DNA of 64,000 nt, taken from assembly GCA_030704615.1 (NCBI GenBank), contig CM060733.1, positions 53,506,001 to 53,570,000 on the forward strand, in the 5' to 3' direction. The notes under the pieces are model-generated. The model searched no databases. It saw only the letters and a list, made by a program, of their open reading frames with translations, and was not told the DNA's origin. This stretch comes from Takakia lepidozioides (taxonomy: Eukaryota > Plantae > Bryophyta). Positions 12,990 to 27,749 of the stretch are shown piece by piece; the first letter of the stretch is position 1; each line of letters starts with the position of its first letter. Position numbers and translations under genes: made by a program.

Positions 12990-15900
12990 ATGCCAAACTT
13001 GCCCTGGGGTGCTTATGCATACAAAGTCATGTCTTTTGGACTTTGTAATGCACCAGCAACTTTCCAGATAGTGATAAGTGAATCTTTCCATGAGTATTTG
13101 GATGATTTCATGCAAGTGTTCTTAGATGACTTCAGTGTGTACAGCTCTAAGAATGAGCACTTGCAAAAGTTGGAATTATATTTGGTCAAATGCAAGATGA
13201 GAGGTCTTGGTCTGAATCCAGAAAAATGTACTTTCTGTGTGAACTTAGGGGTACTTCTGGCCCGACACATTGTGTGTAAGAAGGGACTGCTTGTGGATCC
13301 TAGAAAAATTGAGGCTATTAAAACATCCCCACCACCAGTAAATGTTAAGGCTCTAAGGAGATTCCTTGGACAAACCAGCTATTACAGAAGGTTTGTCAGA
13401 TGGTATGCACAGATGGCAGCACCATTGAGCAAGCTTTTGAAGAAGGATGCAGTGTTTGCATGGACAGCTAAATATAACAGGCATTTGAGACAATTACAAT
13501 GTCAATAACAACTACACCTGTGTTGATTAATCCTCATTGGCATATGGTATTTCATGTACACTGTGATGCCTCAGGAGAAGCATTGGGGGCTGTGTTAGCC
13601 CAAAATGTCACAGGAAACATAGATTCACTTATGTATTATGCTAACAGACTGTTGAACAGTACTGAAAGGAACTATAACACCACCGAAAGAGAAGCTTTGG
13701 CAATGATTTATTTATGAGTCAAGAAGTTCAGGCATTATTTGCTGGGAATGAAGTTTATGTTCTATGTGGATCATCAGGCTTTGATTTATCTGGTGAACAA
13801 GCTTTTGATAAGTGGCAGGATAACAAGATGGTTGATTATTTTGCATGAGTTTGAATTCGAAGTTGTTTACAAGCCTGTACGTTTGCATCTTGTGGCAGAT
13901 CACTTGTCACGCCTTTCAACAGGAGAACCCGCCACATGAGTAGACAATCAACTGCCTGATGCGAGTTTATTTGCAGTGGAAGTGCATGGAGCAGATGATT
14001 GGTTAGATTGGTAGTGGCCAATCAGATACTACCTTACTCATGGAGAGTGCCCATCAAGTTATGGGAAGGAGCAGAGGAAAAGAATAGCTATCAAGGCATT
14101 ACCATACACTATGATAGATGGAAGATTGTATAAGCTAAGACCTGATGGAGTTCTTAAACGATGCTTGTATCACCATGAGGTAAATAAAGTTTTGGAAGAA
14201 GTTCATAAAGGAGTGGCTGGAGGCCATTTTGGAGAAGAGACTACCAGTAAGAAAATATTACTTGCAGGTTACCAGTGGCCTACTTTGTTTAGAGATGACA
14301 CAAGTATTGCAAGAGTTGTGATGAGTGTCAGAGGCTAGGACCTTTGCAAAGATCTGGGAAGATGGCTTTGCATCCTACGATGCCTACTGAACCATTCTAG
14401 AAATGGGGATTAGACTTTGTTGGACCAATTAATCCACCAGCCAGGATTACACAGAACAAGTATATAATCACAGCCACTGATTATACCACAAAATGGGTGG
14501 AAGCTAAGGCTCTGAGGGACAACACAGCTAAGGTTCCTATATGAGAACATTCTCACAAGATTTGGCTGTCCTTTGGAATTTATCAGTGACCAGGGAAGTC
14601 ATTTCATTAATGAGACCATTGAACTATTGACTAAAGAATTCATGATTGTGCACAAGAACAGTACAACCTATTACCCACAGGGCAATGGGCAGGCAGAGGC
14701 CACCAACAAAATACTATTCACTATCATGGCTAAGATAGTCAATGCAAACATGACAGACTGGGATACAAAGCTGTTGACAGCTTTGTGGTCATACATGACT
14801 TCATATAAGGTCACCATCAAGTATACACCATTCCAATTAGTTTATTGCATGGAAGCTTTACTTCCAGTGGAGTTCTTATTACTTACTATAAGAACTGAAT
14901 AGGGAAGGAGAATGAAATTGGAGGATTCAATTAAAGTAAGGAAACATGAATTATATCATGTGTAAGAAGTACTGCTGATGCAGCAGATAACATGACCAGA
15001 ATTCAGATGAAGAGGAAGGATCAGTTTGATGAAGGTAAATTGAAGACTTTTAAGACAAGTGATTTGGTACTGTGGTTGTAGAAGAAGGGAAGGATTAAAG
15101 CTTCTAAGCTTAAATCACCATGGAAATGATCTTATGTAGAAGATGTATGATAACAACACAACTATGTTACAAACCATTAACAAAGAGATGTTTGGTAGAG
15201 TCAATGCCAATAAGTTGAAGGGATACAATGGTATCCATGATAGACCATTGCAGCATGATTTGCATCTTGAAACACAGATGCAGTCACAGACTACACCAGT
15301 AGCACCAGCGAAACATGAAGCACTTGTCATAATGCCGAATGTGTAGGGTCATAGCAGAGAACACAAGTGTTTACACAGCCATCACAGCCCACCACAGCCT
15401 ATTACAACATATCACAGCTTACTACAGCTTGTCACAGCTTGTCACAGCCCAACATAGGCAACACAGCCCACACAGGTCGCACAGTCCATAGGGGCAGTGA
15501 CAGATGGACACGAGTTAACGTCAATTAAGTGGCCGGTAAGTGTAAAGACAGTTTGGAAGTCAAACTCGGAGAATGTGCCACGCGGACAGAGGGAGACATG
15601 AGAGTGTTTGAATTCAAACATGTGGCCTAAGGGGCAAAACACTCCGCATTACATGTACTGCAATAACGGGCGCCATCACTTAAGAAGACAAATAAGGCCG
15701 TCAAAGTACCTACCCGGTACATCAACCAAAACTTATTATGAACCCATTAATGCATCAAGAGGACAGGTAACGGAACATATTACGCGTCCGGCAAAGGAGA
15801 ACCTTTGCCACATATGCAATCCTAGTGGTCATTCCAAGATGGAATGTGAACAGATTAAAGTAAAAATGAGAAGTTACCTAATGAAACAACGGCCAATCAC

Positions 15901-17160
15901 CAACGTGAATTTTGTGCAAGAGACTCCATTCAAAAAACAAGAACAAGAAACTAAGAAGATTATGAGCGGAAGAATAGGTGTTATTCCGGATAACCAGTGT
16001 CTCGACAGGAGGGGTAATCAAAGCTATAGCTTTGTAGTTGTGGCGGATATCACGGACTATATACTAGCTCTACTTCTTACGCAATGACGCAAGGAAGGAC
16101 AGGTCGAAAGTACTTTTTTTCTTACTCACTATTTGCAAGCCCCGCAGGCTTACACCCACTTGTCTGTTTCATTTTGTGCTAATCACACTTTCATGTAACA
16201 CGCATTACAAGCTTTCCTGCAGTTATTCCAAACAATGTCTTCTTATTTGTCCAGGATGAAGCGAATTAGAGAGATGGAGGATCTACGAGTGAAGAGCACG
16301 ACGATCTTATAGAGGCAGATAATCGCCACACCACAGACAGTGCAGCTGCTGAAGGAATTGCGGTTGGAGGGATTGTTGCGCAAAGAGTGGTCTTTGCATC
16401 ATTGGGAATTGATGATCCAGTTCATCAAGAACTTTGAGCCAAAGACGAGAGTTACCCAGGTAAAAGACGTAGATATACAAGTTACTCCGCAGTACTTGCA
16501 GCAGCTTTTTGAATTACCATCTGGTAATGTGAGCGTGGACGAGCACAGGGTAAGATTGCAAGTAGGGGATCTTTTCCAAGAAACGAGTTTCTTCAGGAAC
16601 CAATGATTCACTTGCACCAAAGCCGAGTATCCAGGGTTGAGAGAAATTGGCCAGATACTAAACATTCTGTTTGCCATGAAACAGAACCAACAATATCTTA
16701 GCAGATCTTTTACGGAGGAGGTTCTGAAAGCTTTGAAAGGAGAGGATGTAGCTTGGGCGGAGATGATGCACAGTGGTTTGGTGGAGGAGATGAAACGATT
16801 ATAAAATATTACTGCCAAGTCCCCAATTATTGTGTCTGGCCCAATTATTGCACATATTATCTTTGATTCTTGCTTGTTTGATGCGCAAGAACGCAAAGTA
16901 TTGGGGGTGTTTGAGGCAGCCACAACTGCAGTTGATGAGCAAGGCTCTTCACAAGGTGAAGGAGGCTTAGAGAGGCAGCACCAGTCCAAGAGACAGAAGA
17001 GGGACGCAACTGTAATGGCAGATCCACTGGCCGCAAGGAACCCTCACGATGATGTTTCTATAGCTCCTGCACAGGATGGGGTGCAGCAGCACAACGGGCT
17101 ATTACTACTGGAAGCACGGCCATTAGAGAGGGTAAAACTTTTTTCTGACACCCAAACCTG
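12990..17160 (+). mobile_element. Ty3/Gypsy remnant 1: partial RT, RNase H, integrase and extra 3' ORFs; no LTR recognised
   Basis: RT: VMSFGLCNAPATFQ, VFLDDF. RNase H: HCDASGEALGAVL, NYNTTEREALA. Integrase: GGHFG, ISDQGSHF, YPQGNGQAE. These are followed by CACAGC repeats (15370-15490), a CCHC ORF (15608-16087) and a further degenerate ORF (16235-17160). Many stops and frameshifts. Confidence 0.9.
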
Positions 17161-17688
17161 ACTTTGGGGTTTTGTGACAGCCATATGTGGATATGTACTC
17201 TCAACCAGTTCTTGATAAATTTCCATCTGCTATGTTTGGATTGCCCTTTCCAAGCATTTAACATTGGTCTTTGGTAGCAAACACCGATTCATGAAGTAAA
17301 TCTTTCAGCCACTTGTATGGGAAGTATTACCCATACAAGCGTGAATGCACCGGATCCAAATCTGCAAGTTAGGGTAAGTTCTATTGATTTGCCAAAAGTA
17401 CATGTAACACTGTGACAATGCGGGATTCCCATTCGGCAAGTGATCTCATTGCCGTGAAGGCCGAGAAGAGACTAGCAAGGCCGACAACTTGAGGTTATGC
17501 AACCCTTTGTGCATGCTTGCGAAGACACTAAATTAGAGGGGGGTGGGCTGAATTGGAGGGAGAACTGGAGCTTGGTTCTCAATCTTGCATGAACATTTGG
17601 ATTGCTAGGTTAAAGCTGTTGCTTTTCCTTTTGAAGCAGTGTACTCAGTGGTGTAACTTGCAGTGTTATTGCAGACGATTCGCCTAGG

Positions 17689-20600
17689 ATGGGGGCTAAA
17701 GGGGCACCATCTATACGTGAGGACCACTTAAACAACGACAGGATTGAACAGCCTTTACTGCACAAATCAGGAAGCTCAAATGGAAGAGATTCTCATACAC
17801 AGCATGGAGCAGTTGTCTCTGTCCCTTCTTCTCAAGATGGATCGGCAGTGTTTGGCTATAACATGGGATTGAGGCCTTATCAAGACATTACTTTTTCCAT
17901 AATCTTCCTGCTGCTTGTGCTAGTGACGTTTGGTTTTGGGATATATGGGACAACCAACTCCAATCCTGATTACCAATGGGTTGAATCAGCACACTATGAC
18001 CGTAGACATGGCTGTTCCATCCTGGATCATGTGGAAACTGAAAATCTGCCTTTGCATATGGGCAGGATACTGAATGGAAACGAGTCATCTTTCTCAGGGG
18101 GAGCACTTGGCAGTATTAAGTCCAACTCTGATAAACCAATACTGATTACAGCCCTGACTACACTAATCTTGAGTGCACCACTTGCCTTGGGGATGCTATG
18201 GGTTCTCCGGACTTATACAAAAGAGCTGGTGTATGCCAGCCTTCCTTTCTTTGTACTTCTTCCCATTGCCTTGAATATCACCTGGTTCGTCCTTTGCCAG
18301 AGAGACAGAGAGTGCCGGCAAAATTTTGATCCATCAGCACAAATATTTCTGTTTATATTTATTCTCCTAATGTGCGGGCTGATGATCTACGTCATCTATT
18401 CCAACTGGGAGCGTGTTGAACTGACTATTCGAGTTGTGAAGACTGCTTCCGAGGCACTCAACCAAAACTTGGCACTTGTGTTCATCTTACCCAGCCTGAC
18501 TTTAGTTCTCTTTCTTTTCTGCATCCCTGTGGTCACCTTTATGTTTTATGCGTATACTAATGGGACTGTTATTCCGAACCCAGATATCATTGACCCCCCA
18601 GAGTATCACTGTGGGAGGGGCACTGACCACCCATGTTGTGTCTGGAAGACAGCACCATGGGTTCCCACATATCTCACTCTTTCAGGATTTGCTGTCCTCT
18701 GGTCAGCCATGATCATGGCACAGGTCCAAGTGTTCACTATCAGTGGTACCATTGCTCAATGGTACTTTGCACAGGCAGAATCTTCCACTGTCGGGACCAC
18801 CAAACGATCCTTGCGGTATGATTCCATCTATCACCTTTTTTATCTGCTAAAATCACATGAACGTATTCTGGTCTGTGATATGGTTGAAATCTTTTTGTGA
18901 TGTCATACTGATAAAGGTGTAAGCTGTATCCCGATCTTCAACTGATTTGACTACATGGATGGTCTAGATGAACACCTGAAAATATGAGCATGTTGTCTGC
19001 TGTGCTATGACATCTGCTGGTGGATGAAAAGGTGGGATTATCTCTGTACATAGATCGTGTTGCTCAAGGTATCTTACCCATTTTAGCCAACAAGTCAGTA
19101 GTCCCTCCTTGGTTGATCTCTGGGTTGTGGGAAAAAGCCCTTGCTGGCAGCCAATGTGATGTTAAGGAGAGAATACAGTGAATGTAGATGATAACGTGAA
19201 GATTGCCTCATATTTAAAAGGGTGGGGTTCCCTTTGCTCCAATCAACTGTAGTGGCTCCAAAAGAGAACTGTACTCAGAAGATGTTGTTTACTGTTGCCT
19301 TGTGGCCATACCCTGTGCCCAGTTTGGGTGGACCAAGAGGAAACAGACGCTATCTTTGTGAGGGGCTCCAAGAGAGAGAAAGTGAGATGGAGAAACCTTA
19401 CAAGATCCCAAGCCCTCAGCAAATAGAATAACAAGAACGCATTCCAAATAACATCAATGAAGTGAGATATGTACTCATAAGACGTTGTTTGCCGTAGCCT
19501 TGTGGCCATTGACCCCATGCCCAGTTTGAGCGGAACACAAAGGGACAGAACCTGCCTTTGTCAGGGGCTGATGCCGGTAGTAAGACTTACGTTGGAATAA
19601 ACAATTGATCCGGGTTTTCCAGATATCCTCTAGAAATCCCTTTACACAAGCATCAATCTGCTGTGTGTGGTTTGCCCAATAACTAGACCCCAAAAGGGCC
19701 TGGGCTTTTGGCTCAGGCTCGAGACTTTCAAAGTTGGTAAACAGAGGTACAGGCACAATTCCCTTGATAGATTTGAAGAGAGCGTCTCTCTGGTGAGAGA
19801 ACCCCGGACAATGAATCAGATAATGAATATTGTCTTCAGGTTGCGCACACAACGGGCAATTGCACTCTCCCTTTCCTCTCTGCTTCTGTTTGCTGTTCAA
19901 AGTTAGGTTTCCCGCCCTAAGTTTAAATTTCAGTCTAGTGCCGAGAGTGGTAGACCCTTGAGGTCCTCCATGATGTCCTGCCCCACGTCACAGACTGGAA
20001 ACAAGTTCAGGGAAGTTTTCATCAGACAATTTCCTGGCAACAGACATGGCTTTGGACAGATTTATCCAGCGGGGTCAAGACTTGCGGGCTAAGATTCAGA
20101 TCCTTGCGAATCTCTTCTACTCTCTTCCGCCAGGACTTAAGCCTGTTTGACAGGGCGATCCTGCTTCCAAGATATAGAGTCGATTAACTTGGGGTATGAT
20201 GTTGGACATATGTTGCAGCTGACCCCACTGACCTTGAATTCATCGCTTAAGGAAGGGATACCAAACTCACCCCGAACAGCCACATTGGCTGTTTTGCAGC
20301 ACGCTGACATGCACTCCTTAAGCACCCCGACTTGAATGGATTCTAGAGACTTAGCCTGGTTGGAGTTATCAACCCATATTGCAGATGCGTACTCCAAGGC
20401 AGGTCTAATAACACGACAAAGCATGGTTTTTCTTACCTCAGAGTTGATCCCTCTGCAGTGGAAAAATTTAGTGAGACCCAGTGCTTTGCGCTTCCCAGTT
20501 TGAACAACTTTCTGAATATGTGCATCCCAATGACACTTGGAGGAAAACTCAACGCCGAGGTATGTGTAGGAAGGAAGGGAGGACCGGAATCTCTTGGCTT

Positions 20601-23600
20601 CCCCACTGCCACTTGAGATCACCTCCTCCTCGGTCGTTGAATGCCACCACTGCACATTTACTGACGTTAGCCTCTAGCCCCCAAAGGTCGAAGTATCTCT
20701 TCGCGCAATCAATCAACTCCTGGAGATTGGAAGGAGTATCCCCTATGCAAAGTCATCCGGAAACATAAGGGCTGGTATGGTGGCATCACCCACCCTTAAC
20801 CCAAATCCCTCACTTTCCGCATCCTCGAGGATTTGATTGATGAAACCATTGAAGAGCAGAGGGGAGAGGGTACATCCTTGAGCTACACCTTGGTCTATGT
20901 CAAAGAAGTTAGACTTCTGTCCCTTAACAGTGACACAACATTTGGTGTGAGCATACAAGTTATGGACAACTCTCCACATCTTTCCCTTGATCCCCCATGA
21001 CCAGAGTCGGAGCCATAGACCGTCTCTCCACAGTGTCATAGGCCTTTTTGACATCCAAGAAAAATACAAAAGTGGGTTTCCCTTCTTTTTTCCTTCCCTG
21101 GATAATTTGGCTTAGAGTGAAGATATGATCCACACATGTTTCGCCGAAAGCCAGCTTGGCCTTCGTGGAAACAATCTCTAGATTCCAGGTCAACCTCGAG
21201 ACGAGTACTTATAACTCTGCAAAATATTTTGCCAACTGCATTGAGGAGCGTGATGCCTCGGTAGTTCCCCGGTTCTTCTCTGTCACCCTTCTTGTATAGA
21301 TTGACAATGACCCCCTGTCGCCAGCGAAAGGGGATCATTTCAGTCCTCCAGATAAGGTTAAAGAGAAGGACAAGGGCCTCTATCATGGATTGCCGCCATG
21401 CTTGATAAGCTCGTTGACTATGCCATCAGGTCCACCGGCTTTATATCCGTTTAAATGCTCAATTGCTTCCACAATCTCAGAAGAACTAATGGGAGCGTTG
21501 TAAGCCTTTGAAATATACTTCAATTCACCAGGGCTGTCTTGAATCATAGGAACAGTTTGCCAACTGTGTCCTTCCATTCATCAGAGGACCCCTCACTGTT
21601 AGACCAATTCTGCCAAGGATACTGTAGTGGGTTTCAAAGGTATTGACAATGTCAACCGTTGAAGTCACCACTGCACCCTTAGTAGTCCTCGGCGCTTGTA
21701 CTTGCTGACAGTTTTTTGGCTACAAACGTTGAAGGGCCAACTAGAATCTCTTGTCATTACCCACATGGTGGTTTAAGTTTATTTCACTGTATAGCTTGTC
21801 CCAGTATAATTTCTTCTGAGACCTTACAAGCTGATTGATATCTTTGCGTATCTGGTAGTACTTAGCCCACAATGCTTTGTTGGTTTCAAATTGCAGCACT
21901 CTTTATAGCGGACTCGTCTCTCAGCTATCTTGAGTTTAATCTCATTGGTCCACCAATTAACAGCCCTACCGCAGACAATTTGTTTCCTCCCAATGATCTT
22001 GTCATCCTCTATATCTTGTTAGCCATAGAGGAGACGAAACTCTCCCAAGAATCCACTGCTCTTTCGACTTCATTTCTTGCAGTGCCAGAGCGAGACTGAA
22101 GGTCTTGGAGCCAGTGGACAAAATGAGGTAGAGCCTCTTGCAAGGCCTGGACATAGTCAGCCTTGACCTCTTCATTTTGGAATTTTTCTATGCGCCACTT
22201 CCAAATCAAACGTTTCACAGATCTCTTGTGTTGGGAAAACACCTTTTGATCTCAGTCCAAACCAGGAAGTGGTCAGAGGTACCAATATCAGTTCTGTCGA
22301 TCAACACACTGGCACTCTGGGGAAACAAATTTTTGTCCATTATGATATAATCCACAGTGGAATCCCCAGTTTGGGCTTTCTCACAAGTCCACTGCACTTG
22401 GTCTCCTTTTGACCTATTATTCAAGGTCAAAAGCTGAAGTTCTTCCAGACAGTGTATTAACCTTCTACCATGAGAATTCATCTCGTCCTCACCAAAAGGC
22501 CCAATGGTATCATCCTGTTGGAGACCTTTGCCCACCCGGGCATTGAAGTCACCCAATAAGATCACCTGACCTTTGGCGAGGAACTTAGCACAGTCCAGCT
22601 TTATGTCTTGGAAGGCTTTGTCTGCGTCAGCACTAAGGGTCCCCTCTGTGGGCATGCAACCCAGCATCAAGATTTTGAAAGTTGGTGAACAGAGGTGCAG
22701 GGACTATGTTCAGAATGTTCCTGAAGAGGGTCAATCTTTTATGAGAATATCCTGAACATTGTCTCACAAAATGGATATTGTCCCCAGGCTGCCTGGACAT
22801 TGAGCATTGACAGTCTCCGTTTCCTCTTTACAGCTGTTTATTGCTCAAAGGTGGACTCCCCTCCCCGAGGTTTAAGGATCAAAGACTCAAATGCAGCAGA
22901 ATGGTTCATTGACATGAGCAGTGTATGGTTATGTCTGGCAATAAAACATTGTTGAATGGTCTGGCTGCTCTTGAATTTGCACAGACTTCTAACTTGAGAT
23001 GTTTCTCAGTACAGGAATGCATTCGGACCTTCATTTGGAACAGTGTGCTTCTCTGGGCTGATTGTCGTGTTTGTGCGGCTGATCCGAAGTGCATTGAACA
23101 AGGCAGATGATGAGCGAGGCCAGCAAGGTGCTGTTGCGCTGCTTCTTCGAGCTTGCCTGGAATGGATACTTCAAGCAGTCGAGTTTCTGACAAAGTACAC
23201 TTCCAACTTTGCGGCAGTCACTGGAGAGAGCTTCTGCTCTTCAGCAGTCATGACATACAATCTACTAAAACGCAATTTTCTCTCAACAATGGTGGTAGAG
23301 GTTATCTCTGATCGACTGCTGGCGATGGTTGTCGTTGTCTGCTCGGTTCTATATGCTCTTTTGGTAAGTCTCCTTGAGATTATTATCCTCAGGTGACTTT
23401 TTCCATTTTCATGCTCAAGATGTGTATGTTTGAGGCCATCGTCAGCACCATTACAATGTTCCAAGACAATAATGAGTGGGAGAGGTCCATTGGGAGTGGA
23501 ATTCTTGTCATCGATGACATTAGCTTGTGATAACTCATAGCGGTGGTCGTTTGCAGGTGTACGGAATTTTGTCTTTGACCACTAGTTCTGAGAGGGATGT

Positions 23601-23817
23601 CAAATTGACTGCGACTTTGTCAAGTTGGTTACTCTTGTTCCTTGTGCTGGTTCTTTTCGTACGAGTTCTGAGCAATGTGGTGGATACCATGTATATATGT
23701 TTCGCCATGGACAAAGATTCAGGAATTGTCTCCAAAGCTGAAGTGCATGATGTCCTTGTTCTCCTTCCAGCTTCCCAGGATGAGCCAGCTACGCTTGCCG
23801 TGCCACGTGAGCCGTAA
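17689..23817 (+). CDS. Plasma-membrane choline transporter-like (CTL/SLC44 family) protein; exons 17689-18815, 23015-23363, 23557-23817
   Basis: Multi-TM ORF with RPYQD, SGTIAQWYF, SLR|NAFGPSFGTVCF, FAAVTGESFCSSA and VVDTMYICFAMD motifs. GT-AG junctions are phase-consistent and there are no stops. Confidence 0.92.
19270..19375 (-). mobile_element. Diverged second copy of the LINE 3' end
   Basis: tgtactcagaagatgttgtttactgttgccttgtggccat..cccagtttg aligns to 19470-19570. Confidence 0.7.
19470..22670 (-). mobile_element. Non-LTR retrotransposon (LINE; APE + RT + C-terminal CCHC), 5'-truncated and frameshifted, in CTL intron 1
   Basis: APE: LLGDFNARVG, VDYII, SDH. RT: KAGGPDGI, YKKGDREEPGNYRGITLL, FLDVKKAYDTV, QGCTLSPLLF, LMFPDD, YTYLGV. 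C-terminal finger: CPLCAQPEDNIHYLIHC. Confidence 0.92.
22665..22880 (-). mobile_element. Fragment of the CCHC region of the same LINE family
   Basis: aaagttggtgaacagaggtgcagg...ctgtttattgctcaaag aligns to 19730-19930 and to 31130-31360. Confidence 0.7.
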
Positions 23818-24739
23818 GCAGAGCTCAGATATAACTCCATTTAGGTGACCACCATGTGGTCCTGATTGAGGTTGTGTACAATCATAGGAATGAGAGGATC
23901 TGGGAAAGGAAATGTTGAGAGAAGCTAACCCTTGGTTGTGAAGTTGTGTACAACAATGGAAAATGTGACGCATGGAAAAACATATTACTACTTTTTGGAC
24001 TTGATAGTAAATTAAGGCTGCCAAGCCGGAGTGGTGATTGAAACTTGTTTACTGTATGAAGGATGCTGCAAGTATCGTTGCGGCTTGTCTACCCATCCAG
24101 TACTTACGGGGAATGTGTGATCTCCAAAGTATGCATTGAATCAGAACATTTGGATGCAGTTTAGGTTTTGAATTTTGTCTATTTCCACATATAGCGCTGT
24201 TCAAATTGCACCATATATTGGAATGATTAGGGATGTGGAGCATGGTGTTTTAAGCGTCTATGAGTCTTGAAGTTAGGTCTTGTTCTTGTACTCTGGCTGG
24301 CACTAATCTCACTGTTATATCATCCACTAGTATTGAAAGTGACTGGTGCATCATAAGACTCCAGCTGAAGTTGCTTGATATTGAAAGACACTTGCTATGA
24401 AGACCTATTGACTCTGCTAGCTCCAAGGCAAAGTTCGGTTTCTTCCATTTCTCTGAATTGTACATTTGATCACAACAACCTAGTAGTTGAAAGGTTGCAA
24501 CCGTGGTAACCGTGGTGAATCTGAGAAGAGCCACCATGTATGCCACACCTCTTCATTCTTGATGTTTGTGCATTCATGGACAGCTTGCCATTAGTGAAGA
24601 TCGTTCCTTACATGGATTGTGCTGCAATCAAAGTTGAGCATGGCTGCAGCATGGCTCTACGAAAGTACATGCATACACTTGTCTGCTTATCTCACGAGTC
24701 ACACTTCTAGTATGCACAGCTTTGGCATTGAGGATCAGA

Positions 24740-25920
24740 GTCTAGAAGAGTACAAGGGATATGCCGAATACCACCGGGGAGACTCATACTCTGCTAGGGC
24801 ATCAAATAGGGATTAACATCTCCGACGAGCAGTGCTTCCAAGGAGTGTTGACAAAGCTGAAGAGAAAGCTGACATTCTGGAGTTCGTCAATTTTGTCCAT
24901 TGCAGGAAGAGCCCTCGTGGTAATCAGGTATTATTGGCCTCAACATGTAACCCAGGCTCGCAGATTTCCGCCTTGCTCGCAAAATGGATCCCAAGAGCCC
25001 TCATTAACACAACTAGCCCCTGGAGCAGGCTAGTTCAACCTCACTTGGTTGGATCTATACCAAGTCTATCTTTCCATCTTTGGTCTAAATCTCTTAGATG
25101 AATCGTGTAAGGAAATGGCAAGGCACGGAAAGGGGATCGGGTCCTTGGAAATCAATTTGGAAAGCATGGAATTATGGGATTAGGGGCTCACTGACTCAAA
25201 GAATGCCCGTTAATTTCGTGGAGTGCACAAGCCTAGCCCATTTTCGTCAATTATAACATAGACTCCGAATCGTTGCTCCAGCTCAAAGCCAAATGGGCGA
25301 GCTGGGAGAATGCTGGATTCACTTGGAAGTGTGTGGGAACATGGTGAACTCCTACTACTCACCATGGTCACTGCATTGATGGGACCAAGGAAAGCTCGGG
25401 CTAGGCAAACGATTTGCTCTCAAATTCCTCCATATATGTTACCCTTGATGCAAAGCGGACCCAATCAATGGACTCCCCCAGTGTGGATGGCCTCTTCTTC
25501 ACAAACACCACCTTCGGTCATCTTCGTCCTGACCCTAAACGGAGACTCGGCTTCTGGAATGGGGTTCATTACGGACAGAAGGGGGAATTTGCAATACAGT
25601 GGGACATGCCTCTTCTCTTTTCCATATTAGAGTGATTGATGAAACATCCCCGCAAGGTCAAGAACTGCAATGGACCATGCACTCTCATTTTCAATGGCTC
25701 CTCCGTCACCCCTTGGCGTTTGATCCAGGAGAATGGTCATGGATGGATCGAGCACATTCCCCTTTCTTCGCCCACAAAGTCAAACTGGGATACTCCCTTC
25801 TGTTCCCCCCTCGACTGTTTGACAGGAAGTGGCAACAAAAATGGAATAGTGCCTTCCAAGATCGAGAGGCTTGGAGTTTTTTTTTTTTCCTTTGGATGAA
25901 CAGGGGACAGAGCCCTGGAT
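24740..25920 (+). mobile_element. L1-type LINE remnant (C-terminal RT and downstream region)
   Basis: LGHQIG..LKRKLTFWSSSILSIAGRALVV(NQ)VLLAS is followed by W-rich segments (WKSIWKAW; KWQQKW). Multiple frameshifts. Confidence 0.75.
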
Positions 25921-26099
25921 GAAAATTTATTGAATGATTATTGAAGGAAAAAAAATTAAAACCCTTGATTGCCCGTAGGCTGCCATAAGGCATAAACCAC
26001 GGTGGGCCGTGCTGGATAACTCTCGAACCGCAACTGAGAAATTCGGAGGCACTATGAAACATACATTTAGGATGCTAGCAACTTAGAGAATACGCAGCA

Positions 26100-27120
26100 A
26101 TATCCAAATGAAAGCTGCCAATCTGGAGCGACGGAAAATTTATGCGGTAACCATTGGTGGCGAAAGGAGGGCCCGCGAAACGTCCTGGCAGGAGCTGGGA
26201 ACAGAGGGCGGACTGAACGGAGTGATGGTGAACCCTGGAGAAGGAGGGTCGAGGGAACAGGAACAGGGAGGTAGGAACGAGAAGGGGATGGGCAGCGAAG
26301 CGGAGAAGAGAGGGAAGATTAAGCAAAGAGAGAATAAAACATAGAGATTAACGGTGAAAGTGAAGACATGCTGCTGAGGAAGACCGGATGTGCTTCCAAT
26401 TGACTTCGGAACACTCAAATTATGGGGAGGCCAAAGAGATGACCTCTGTGTCCTTCCCAACAGGGAGGGGATTTTGTCTGCCCAAATACAGGTGAGATCA
26501 TGAGCGCTACTACAAATGACCCCATGCTTGGCCCATGTTGCTCGGAAGGCATGGAGGAGGGCACACTGGCGCTCTGGTTTCCTAGTGACCGCTGCACACA
26601 ATAATGCCCATGTTTTCTTAGCCGCCATAGTGAGATCAAAGAACAGCATAGTCAGGATAGCTGTAACATTTGTATTCTCATTGTTGAGGACCCATGCACA
26701 ACGACCTTTCCACAAGTTCCAGAGCACATAACATCTAAGAGTTTCAAAAACAGGGCAAGCAGAGGCCTTGGATTTGTGCCTTTGGTTATAGTTAAGGAGG
26801 ATAGCCATGGATCCCAAAGGCATCCGCCCCCTAGCCTTGTAGAAACCTTGAACTAAGGGCCAGATGGTACGAGGTGCAAGACAGTGGAGAAGACAATGCT
26901 CAAGGGATTCTATGGTTTGGATAGAGCAGCATTGGCAAAGAAGGGATACTGGCCAACCTTAAAGAACCCTGTTGGCCACTTGCCAAAGAAAGGCACTAAT
27001 CTTAGCCGGTTTAGATTTCTCCCACACCAGAGCCCAAATCTCTTTCCAGTTTTCTTCCCTGAAGCCTTTATGACTCCATTTGTCATTCCATTTAGTGGAA
27101 AGGGGCCTGGCACCTATAAG
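26100..27120 (-). mobile_element. L1-type LINE 3' remnant (zf-RVT/CCHC region and 3' UTR)
   Basis: The minus strand gives KPAKISAFLWQV, CQCC..ESLEHCLLHC..IW and VLWNLWKGRC, followed by a pyrimidine-rich 3' UTR. Confidence 0.8.
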
Positions 27121-27749
27121 TGCCCTGTATCCTCCCTAGGGGGTGCACTCTTTTATAAAATGTCCGTATCACGTGTGTTCGCCGCCTAATAAAGAAAACC
27201 CATGTATACGGGTCCTTGGATCATTTATACCCCCTCTGTACATACATTTTGAAGATTATAAAACCCCCTCCTGTAAATATATAGAAATTTGTAATTTTAA
27301 AAAAGTACCCCCTGTTGTATGTATATTTCCCTTTTCAATCATTAAAAAATACCCTCAAATATGTATATGTATTTTTTTTATTATATCAAGTTTATTCATT
27401 TAAAAACAGACCTCGGCCTGTAGGTCCAAATTTTATGAAACCAAGTCGGTGCATCCTTACTCATTGAGGGCTTTCCAACGGTACCAAAATTGTGGCTAGA
27501 GGCCCCGCGGTTTGGGAGATCTCAAGGAGCACACACTGGTTCAATCTATTAACAACAGCATACACAGCTCAGTCGGCCCATATCTGAAGACATGCCAGCT
27601 GTTTGCTGAAAAGGATTATGGGAAAAATGCTTCCAGGCATAGCAGATGAAGCATCATTGCGCTGAAATCACACTAGAAAATGTTCCCTTATAAAACATAC
27701 AATGAATCCATGCAAGAAAAACAATCCCATACTTGTAGAAGGATCTGGA

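Noticed and set aside
24740-27120. Single L1 with a twin-priming inversion
   Set aside because: The plus and minus pieces overlap in a homologous but diverged region (KWQQKW..W versus KWNDKW..W), and their order is wrong for twin priming. They are two separate tail-to-tail L1 remnants.
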